NCBI GenBank assembly: GCA_000934665.2
Contig: KZ539116.1
Span: 47,694 to 67,693 of the forward strand
Length of the DNA: 20,000 bases
Direction of reading: 5' to 3'
Origin: Catajapyx aquilonaris
Lineage: Eukaryota
Below are positions 11,104 through 20,000 of this stretch, piece after piece. Every line of letters starts with the position of its first letter. Within the stretch, counting starts at the first letter, position 1. The position numbers and the translations under genes are program-made. Under the pieces are notes generated by a model. The model did not search any database, had not been told where the DNA came from, and was given only the letters and a program-made list of their open reading frames with translations.

Positions 11104-11563
11104 GATGGTGGTGGTGGTGGTGGTGGTGGTGGTGGTGGTGGTGGTGGTGGTGGTGGTGATGATACAATCGGAAAAAAATATACTCTGACATACAAGAAAT
11201 AACGCAGACGGGAATGGTGACGTGTTCTTACAAGTACCAGTCTCAAATCGACCAATGCAATGCGTCAACCAACGCCCAACAGTAGTCTAAAAAAAATTAA
11301 TAATAATAACAAACACAACAACATTATCATTATTAAATCATCATCAACATCATCATCATCAATAATAATAATAATAGTAGGGTAGTACTCAAGTGCGAAA
11401 AACGAAACGACGATCTGTCGGCATCGTCACACAACAATGAGTAAACAGTGTCAACATAAATAACATTGTTAGCTCCTATTGTTGCCTATTGGTACAAAAT
11501 GATGACGTCAGATCGTCGTTTCCTGGTCGTTTCGTTTTCCGCACTGTAGTAAAAATTTCTCTG
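11049..11563. mobile_element. Foldback MITE (family A) with left arm split by an insertion
   Basis: cagagaaattttcactac (11049-11066) vs gtagtaaaaatttctctg (11546-11563), 17/18 inverted match. agtgcgaaaaacgaaacgacgatctgtcggcatc (11392-11425) vs gatgacgtcagatcgtcgtttc...gttttccgcact (11501-11545). Confidence 0.75.
11062..11163 (+). repeat. Compound microsatellite (ACT)14 GAT (GGT)17 (GAT)2
   Basis: Read directly from the sequence. Confidence 0.97.
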
Positions 11564-13531
11564 TGCATGTACAGAACATTTATCAATAGCAATAAAAATA
11601 AACTATACATGCCTTATAACTTATAATATTTAGTCGCCCCTTATCATGCCTCTTCCAGTCATCTGCAGGGATTGAGATTAACTATATTAATCATAATGCG
11701 TGCAGTAAGGCCGGACACCCAGACACAGTGTCAAGCTGAATGACGTCACTAATATCCACATGTCCCTGAGTATTACAACACATGGTATTTCTCAGTAACA
11801 GGGCAAATATTGAATATACAATAGTGAAGGTCACATGCATCACTTGGTGGGAGACTTTATCATGATTCCTGGATCCACTACCCAGACAAAAAAGAGGTGG
11901 GCAGCACGTCCATGATAAACAACAAAAAACTTATCTGTACTCGTACACTACACTGTAGTCCACTACACCTTTACAACATTTTTTCTTCTTCTTTTGGTAC
12001 GAATTTAATACTAATCTGAAGGCAGAGGTAAAAATATGTGGAGGGAGATTTATGTCACTCCATGCACGGTGCATTATTTATTGCAAGTCTACCCAGTAAA
12101 ATATGGAGATCAATTGTTCAACTACTCAAGGTTACCGAAAGAAATGTCACAAGCACATGTGTGGTAAATTTATTACTGCGACTTAATATTAGCCCCATCA
12201 ATTAATCGCAAAATTTTCATTTCAAAATTAAGTGCCAATTTAGTACTGAATTGCTAATTGTGGAATAATCCATAGCATATGAAATATTCTCAGTTTCTCA
12301 CTCCCAATTTTCAACAACTTACAACCCTTACAATACCATACAGCAATCTCAGTTCCCATTGTGTAATTCAGTTATGAATAGCAGGGAGCTTCACTGATAA
12401 CATGGTTCCGGCAATCCTATCAAGCACTACATGATAACATGACAATGGCACTGACCTGGCTACACGTGGTCATTTACAACAATTAATGATCCACATTCTT
12501 GCTACTCACAGATATCCAGTGAATACCACACATAACGACACCTTTCCTTGGTGTGCATGCCCTTGGCTCATTGCACAACCCATACAGGAACTTAAAGCAA
12601 TGCCACCCACTCCAAGTCACGACCCGTCACACCGGATAAAGCAACAATTCCCCCTAGAAAATCTTATTTATGTAATAAAATCCCGTAAGTGGCAATATTG
12701 TTGCACAACCATGCACATAATGAGCCCCTTAATTACGTACTCCGACTCACCTGGCAAATTCCTGGAGCTGCAAACGACGGTGCCCAGTGCTAGGAAAGGC
12801 AGCCAGACTTGTCAGTACCCCTGGTCCGCCCCGGGGCCAATTGCCTAGATCCCGTGCCGTACATCTGGACACTATAGAGGGGGGGAAATGTACACTTCAC
12901 AGTGGCATTTAGAGGCCAACACAGGTCACTACAGGGGCAACACGTATTTTTTGGGGGAACCGATCTTGCTCAGCACATGGACGATCTGGGTCCGTGTTAG
13001 TCGATAGGAGAATGTGGGATCGATACTATCTGGTGGATGGTTGGGGTGTGGTGGAGTGGCCCAGGAGGAAGACATTTTGGAGCATTCTGTGGCGGGAATT
13101 TCAAATAGGAGGATAGGAGTTGGATTATATTTTGGGAGTTATTTCCTAGTTGGAGGCAACTTATTGATTGGTCAAGGTCAAATGTGGAGTTTTGTGGTGG
13201 GCGTTATATGCCGATATTGCATTCTTGACGTGCCGAGGAACTCATTATCTCGGGTCTGCAAAAGGAGGAGGGATGGATGGGTTTAAAGGAACCGTAAGTG
13301 GTGATAGCTGATAGGCTAGAATCAAAGATCTGATAGGTGTTGGTTTCTTGGATGTGACAACGGAATTAGTTTTGGTATATTCGAGTGGTAAATCGGGAGT
13401 CGAGGTTTTATCAGGTCTTCATTAAAAACAATGAAAATTGCTTTTAAATATCTTGTACGTCATAAACTTGGGCATATTGGCCTTCTTAAATGCCAATAAT
13501 GCCACGAATCTTCTAGGTCTCTATACACGAT

Positions 13532-13712
13532 GAAGCTATTACCATAATGTACGGAAAATGAAAAAACGATCTGACGTCATCAAGGCTTCCATGGAAATAC
13601 CCTCACAGAACAATATGAGTAAACAGTAGCAAAAAAAAATAATGGAAGAAACGATGACGACAGATCGTTCTCTCGTTTTCCGTACATTATACTATTATAT
13701 AGTTACAGCCTC
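13532..13712. mobile_element. Foldback MITE (family A-related copy)
   Basis: ataatgtacggaaaatgaaaaaacgatctgacgtcatc (13544-13581) vs gatgacgacagatcgttctctcgttttccgtacattat (13653-13690). Shares the core caca.aacaat..gagtaaacagt with the 11392-11545 copy. Confidence 0.78.
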
Positions 13713-13742
13713 GTTTTTATAAAACTTTTCATGCGCGTGTTC

Positions 13743-13822
13743 ACACTCTGTGAAGCTGAAAAATAATTTTCACCTAATTCATATAAATTAGATGAAAATT
13801 ATTTTTCAGCTTCACAGAGTGT
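13743..13822. repeat. Near-perfect 80-bp hairpin/palindrome
   Basis: acactctgtgaagctgaaaaataattttca pairs exactly with tgaaaattatttttcagcttcacagagtgt (30 bp). Then one mismatch, ctaatt/aattag and a 6-nt loop. Confidence 0.93.
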
Positions 13823-14377
13823 AAATACTCGTATCATGATGAGTTCTACTAAATGAATCTGTAATAGAATAAACCAGCGCAGACTTTTCACTGGGTACAA
13901 GGTGATTTAATTTATCCTATTTTCCTATTCATCTATTTTTTTAAAAACTTTTAGTAGACTCAACAGGGGTAACGCATGAACTGAGTTGCTTGAAATAAGT
14001 CATCAAATTCCAAAACAGCTTCAAACCATGGAGAACTTTCATGCTTAACATCTTTATCAATCCTATATCCAAGAATTTGCCGATCTATATATGGTTGATG
14101 GTAGGGTTTTTTTTTTGTACTGAAGTCCTGTTTTATGATTTATTGGTGCATTATTTTGTTTTGAATTAGCGACAGAATGGGGAAATACCACGTTAGCAGG
14201 AATTCCATTACTTGTCGTTCAGGAGATAGGTAACATACTGTATACTGTTCATATCATTCTTAAGACTTACGTCAAACATCGTCAAGTAATCTCCAAAATT
14301 GAAGATTTTTTCATATGTATTTTTATATGGCTTATACTGGAAAAATGCCACATAATTAGTGTCGCAGGAAAGTGTGT

Positions 14378-14415
14378 TAATTAAGTATAATTAAGTGTAA
14401 TTAAGTGTGTTAATT
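14378..14415 (+). repeat. Short tandem repeat of TAATTAAGT(A/G) x3 plus a partial unit
   Basis: taattaagta-taattaagtg-taattaagtg-tgt-taatt. Confidence 0.8.
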
Positions 14416-15863
14416 CCTGGTTACAGGAATAAACTCACAACGCTAAATTCCTATTTCAAATATATGGAATTTTTTCACCTCGCATCCAACACTCCAACTC
14501 CCATTGGGAAAGGTCACCTGGGCCATGAAGAGACTCACTAAAATAATCTGAAATTCCTGTATTTTGAAGTGTTCGACCGGAAGAAGATAGCCTGGTTTTG
14601 ATAATATTGGTGAGATAGATATTGAATAGGCGCAGTGGTCTACCAGTAGTTGGGAGAGATGGCGGGATATAAGTTAGTTCAGGGCCTTGGATAGTTGGCA
14701 AAATAAATTTTTTTGATATCACTTTTCGCCTAAATGGTCATTGTCTCAACCATTGTATGCATTAGGCGTCCCTTTGCATAAATATTATTATTGCAATGCA
14801 AATATTAGTGGGCCTACCGTTTTGACACAAATTTTTAAAATTAGTTTTCATCATAATTCTGTGACAGCCCCTATATGGCTATCATCGCACTAACCTCGGA
14901 TTCATTTTTCGAGCACCAGTTGCCAAGCACTCAAGCCATCAGTAGTCCTTCACTTCATATATCAAGGCTCTCACCTAACTGAAATTTTATAGAAGTGGCG
15001 AAACAAGTGAATGCTCCTTTGTGCAAGATCTTACATTACGTATGAATGCTGTAAGATGTCCCACATGAACTATTCGAAACTTTGAGTAATATACCCGCTT
15101 GCAAACTGCCATGTGAAGTCAGACACTGCCATACGTCCTATTCCAAAAATTCTTTGGGCATTCTCAAAGGCTCAAAACCTGTTCACCATCTACCGTACCT
15201 GAAAATAATTATAGGGAATGTCCAATCTGGTGGAAAATGTTCGTTATGGACTTTGAAAATATGGAACCACGTAAGGCTTAGAAGAGTTTGTGTCGGGCCC
15301 AGGGTCGGGCCCTGGTGTCGGGTGAGGTCGAGATATCTGCCACCATGTATGCTTGTGGAAAATACATTTTCAAAAAGTTTTAAAGACAAACACTACTTAT
15401 TTTTGGAATATGGTAAATAATATGATTTCTTTTTCCCCAATCTTGTCCCCAAGACGCGACTTATTATGCCAATTTGAATATGTGCAGGTAATAAAGATTC
15501 CGCTCGTTACCGTATGTAATCTGGCAATTGTACGACATGTAAGTTCATCGACGGCTAGACGACCCTACGAATCAGATCTGGGCCGGGTATGAATCCGGCG
15601 GTTCGTATGGGTATCGCAGAAGGAGCGTGCGGGCTCGGTCGGGCCGGTCGGACGCAGGCGGGCGGGATAATAATCATGTGCGGGATGAGAGCAAAGCCGT
15701 CATCCATCCATGGATGCACCGACTGCATCGGTGCTGCGAAAATGGGAGAAAATCCGCAGGGCCCCTGTCGTGGTATTGATTGGGACTAGGGTTTTTTTCT
15801 TTGGAATGGAAAAAGCTCCGACGTTGCAGCAGCAGCCAGGCATCCAGAACTGGCGTCGGCAGC

Positions 15864-15884
15864 CAGCAGCAGCAGCAGCAGCAG
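15864..15884 (+). repeat. (CAG)7 microsatellite
   Basis: Read directly from the sequence. Confidence 0.9.
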
Positions 15885-16239
15885 CACTCGGTGTGGACTT
15901 CATAGCAATTCATAGGGCTGTCAGAGCCAAAGTGAACCGCCATAATAACGCGGCTTTGGCCGGGGAAATGAGCGTTGATTGATCCTCCAACGGCGGGGAA
16001 ACAGCGCGCCGAGACCACATCATTCCTTTTCCCCTAATAGGAGCTGTCACTCGCACCCGACGCTCTCCAGATTCAAATTAAACGCCCCCTCCCCACCCAC
16101 CCACCCCCTCTGAACCCCTCCCCTTTTCCAACAGCAGCCTGCACCCCCCACCAAGGTCCTCTCCTCCATTTCTATACCCCGCCACCCACCCCATCCACAC
16201 GCCCTGCCTGACTGCCAACACCCCCCCCCCCCTAACCCT

Positions 16240-16271
16240 NNNNNNNNNNNNNNNNNNNNNNNNNNNNNNNN
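16240..16271. other. Assembly gap (32 N) flanked by poly-C tracts
   Basis: N run inside a C-rich block (16085-16290). Confidence 0.99.
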
Positions 16272-17857
16272 CCCCCCCCCTCCCCCACCTCATTTTGACC
16301 CCACGCGGAGAACGGGGAAGTGTCGCGGAAAATGTGTAGGCTACGGTAATTTATTGACTGGCGGACTTCATAGATGGGGTGTGTTTCTGGATGATGGTTG
16401 CGGGGGTGCTCACCAGAGAGGCGCTCGTGGGGTGGGATGCCAGCTGGCTCAGATGCTTAAGCCATCTGTTAGGGAGGTGAGGAGTCTGGAAGTTCTTTGG
16501 TATTGGCCACTGCAGTGGTTATTAGCAGCCATTATGCACTGCATTTTTATTTTTTTTGCAAGTATGTTCTGTAGATTCCAAAATATCAGTATGAGAACGG
16601 GGGTAATAAATAAATAAATAAATAAATATCAGGTGTATTACTCCTGCTATTATTATTGACGTTTGTGCTGCATATTTCCATGTCATTCAAGTCTTGTGCA
16701 AGCCCATAATTATGACGAATACAGACATGCCTGCTAGCTAGCATGTGTTTGTGGTTGGCAATTAAACCCTTAGTAAAATGATACCTACGACATATACCTG
16801 CCAGCTGTTGCGTTATAGGGTAGGATTACCTGAAGTGTGATCAGCAGCTAACATCTAAGTGGAAGCGACCCGGAGGGAGTTAAAAGATTGACCCAGGCGG
16901 CAAACACACCTGAAACTCGATCGTTACATTAACCTAAGTGGAAATGAGGTATCAAATAAAGTGGGGGGTTCTGTTTGACAACATCTACAAGGAATTGTTT
17001 GAACAACATTGTCTTTATTACATTATGTCACCATTTTTGGGAGCTCCCTCTACAAAGTAAGTTACAAAAGGGATAAAAAGCTCGTGTACTGCAAATTGGC
17101 CAAGTTATAGCCTACGTACACATATTGGCTCCATTTATTGCGAGTTGAGTATGTTGTGTTCTTCTTTTTTTTTATTTGGCGAGCGAATGTCCTAGTTGCT
17201 AAGTGAGAAAGTTGTCCCTCTGCTGGTACATGGGTAGAGGCTGCACTGGAGACAGGTCATCGTCGTCAGGAGACTGGGCCTCTAAGTCTCGGTTGGCCAA
17301 GGCATGAGCTGAATAGAATCATGCCAAATAGTTTACTCCATGCGTTTTGTTAGCCACACATCTCTAATCAGGCTGACACCATAATAATATATTATGGAAG
17401 TGCTGTATTCAAGTGATTAGTTGCAGAGATGTCTTGAAAAATATCTACAAGTAGGCCAGGGCAACTCCGAAAGTGTTGCATTGCTATTCATTATAATGAC
17501 GAATTTAATTAGTATTGTTTTTTAAATATTATGCAAAATTATTTGAATTATGATGTCCGAAGTGAGACTCATCAAAGTATTTATTTTTAAAGTCATGTAT
17601 CGAGAACAAAATGATATGCTGTACGCCTGTACTTGTTCCCCGGAAGTCTTTTTATGCCCCGCTAGTGAGAAGCCGTTCCTTGTGCATGGAGCCACAGTTT
17701 TACCTGCCACTTTCTCCCCTAATGAGAACTGCTTTCCAGCCAGAAAACTGAAGACATGGAAGACATGCAATGCCCTAGAATCACGCAATTTTGGGCTGGT
17801 AGGTTTAACAAACCCGCCATATAGCCCCAAAATGCGTTCAGTGGCATGCACCTCTCG

Positions 17858-17886
<29 letters not shown>
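17858..17886 (+). repeat. Poly-T tract (29 nt); possibly the poly-A tail of a minus-strand retro-insertion
   Basis: Read directly; no parent element recognised. Confidence 0.85.
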
Positions 17887-17891
<5 letters not shown>

Positions 17892-17989
17892 CTCTGGTTG
17901 GAAGGAGGTTTTTATCTGAAGGAATGTGAAAGATTCAGCCGGTGTCTCCATGCTCAAGGAAGGGTATAGAAAAACATAATGTAATATCG

Positions 17990-18029
17990 GGGAAACAGGG
18001 AAACAAGCTGGGAAATAGGGAAACAAGCG
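17990..18029 (+). repeat. 20-bp tandem duplication
   Basis: gggaaacagggaaacaagct / gggaaatagggaaacaagcg. Confidence 0.75.
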
Positions 18030-18036
18030 TATAGAC

Positions 18037-18298
18037 CAAGTGCTTCCCAAACTGTGGGTCGCGACCTCATTTGGGGTCGCGAAAATAATATTTGGGGTCG
18101 CGAGGGAAGGGTTACAAATTTATTTTCACAAAATGATGCTAAATTCCTTGAAAATTATGACCATAAAGTAAGGTCATTTCACTGTTTACCTGTCTTTTCA
18201 TGTCGGCGGATCGAAATGTGCACATATGCATATAGGGGGTCGCAAATTTTACGATACGTTTTTTTGGGGTCTCCAACGAAAGAAATTGGGAAGCACTG
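18037..18298. mobile_element. hAT (Charlie/Buster-type) MITE, 262 bp
   Basis: TIR CA(A)GTGCTTCCCAA ... TTGGGAAGCACTG. 8-bp TSD gtatagac (18029-18036) / gtatagat (18299-18306) with central TA. GGGTCGC subterminal repeats. Confidence 0.9.
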
Positions 18299-19171
18299 GT
18301 ATAGATCTATCAAAGTCTACGAAACATACCGTACCTTTATAAATTATTCAGTAAATAAGGTTGTCACATCCTTTCATTTACACTTTTCAGTCTTGGAGTT
18401 TACATTAAGATAAAGCAGAAATAATATTGTGGCGATAAATAATGATTTGTCCTCGTATTTGCCATTGGCCTTCTATGTAAGTATGGGACAAAATAAGGCG
18501 AAAAACTACAATGATCGACGAAGTTTATGTACGGTACTGTATGCACTGAAGTGCCGTTAGATGTTTACATGAGCTTATTTTTAATTATGAATTATAAGGT
18601 CAGCACGATATGAAATAAGTGCATCAATAATACCAATTTTATCAATATAAAAACATTCTTTTTCTGTAGTGAAGCGGCAGCAGGAAAAAATTGGGACTGC
18701 ATGCTCATTAGAGCGGGTGAAAGGTACAGTGCATTACCTGGTATGAATATGCCCACTCGAATGTGTGTGCACTCCCATCTTTTCCGGATACCTGCTCACT
18801 TGAAAAGAGAGAATTCTATGAGTAGGGGTCCACATTTGTTTGTCCCATATTGATGTTAGATGAATGCGAACTTGCATCTGGTGACGAAACTATAATCGAA
18901 ATAACTAGAGAAAGGATTTCTAGGTTTTTACCTATACTTTTTATTATGTAGGCAGAACACTGGAACCAAAATATCTGTGCGTTTCATAACACAAAGGCCT
19001 CAAAAATAGTAGTTTTATAGAACCTAAAATAGCCTATTTCGGGCGTTGCAACCTAAATGGCCTATTGAGCCCCTATTTCCACCTATTTCGACCTTTTTGA
19101 CGCCGTTCTGTAGGATTTTCGAGGGCTTTAAGGGTTTTCCGTTCAAGGCATCCCTCCTGCTTCAACCTGCG

Positions 19172-19356
19172 AAGGGCGAAGAAACTGTAGGCATACCAGA
19201 TGGACTGTCAGTAGAAGATATTTCACTTTTCAAGTATGACCCAGTTGCTTAGTCGAAAGGTCATTTTCAGTGTAGTATAAAGATGCATTGTCGACAGGCG
19301 TCACCTACTAACTAACGAAAATACGCGAAAATATGGAACAACTGCTAGTTTGTTAA
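19172..19356 (+). pseudogene. Decayed hAT-like transposase C-terminus (dimerisation-domain ERxFS motif)
   Basis: Across frameshifts: IPDGLSVEDISLFKYDPVA / VERSFSV*YKDAL / DRRHLLTNEN / MEQLLVC*. This resembles the FKYAP.TS..VERSFS.YK..L.DRR....EN C-terminus I recall from arthropod hAT-related transposases; no search was run. Confidence 0.6.
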
Positions 19357-19367
19357 CGTGCTACACT

Positions 19368-19811
<444 letters not shown>

Positions 19812-20000
19812 TACACTAGTAGACCATGGCCAAGTTACGAGGGAGAATCAAAAAGTAGTGTAATTGAGTAATTTTTTAATTCAGAGGTTTCACTAGAGAA
19901 ACTTATATATGTCGTGAGCCAATTGTGCGCTTGGCCCAATAGTCCGCGAGTGAATTGGCAGCCGGCCAACTGTTCTGCCCCTCCAAGCCACCACCACCCC

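Noticed and set aside
10992..11268. Poly-Pro/Val and poly-Thr/Ser ORFs
   Set aside because: These are translations of the (ACT)/(GGT) microsatellite.
15139..15410. 12-bp inverted repeat tattccaaaaat / atttttggaata
   Set aside because: AT-rich, internal matches are not collinear, and no TSD.
15674..16018. Overlapping poly-Ala/Cys/Gln ORFs
   Set aside because: Explained by GC-rich, stop-poor sequence plus (CAG)7; no domain or supported exon structure.

Overview
Eukaryotic genomic DNA, probably invertebrate and arthropod-like (inferred from the protein and transposon types), with a 32-N gap. The only well-supported gene is the 5' part of a minus-strand SLC22/organic cation transporter (Orct-like). 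It has three phase-compatible coding exons (7727-7944, 567-744, <1-56), a 6982-bp first coding intron and probably at least one upstream non-coding exon. The rest is intronic or upstream DNA dense with small transposon derivatives: an internally deleted rosa/DD41D-type Tc1/mariner, piggyBac, mariner and hAT (Charlie/Buster) MITEs, foldback MITEs, a decayed hAT-like transposase C-terminus, and a tRNA-derived SINE with an (ATC)/(ATT) tail. Most ORF-track entries are spurious. I see no convincing new multi-gene system. The most notable signals are three near-perfect palindromes, a CRE-carrying foldback MITE family with one arm split by a microsatellite-bounded insert, nested insertions, and a CpG-rich block with Pbx/Hox and Meis motifs.
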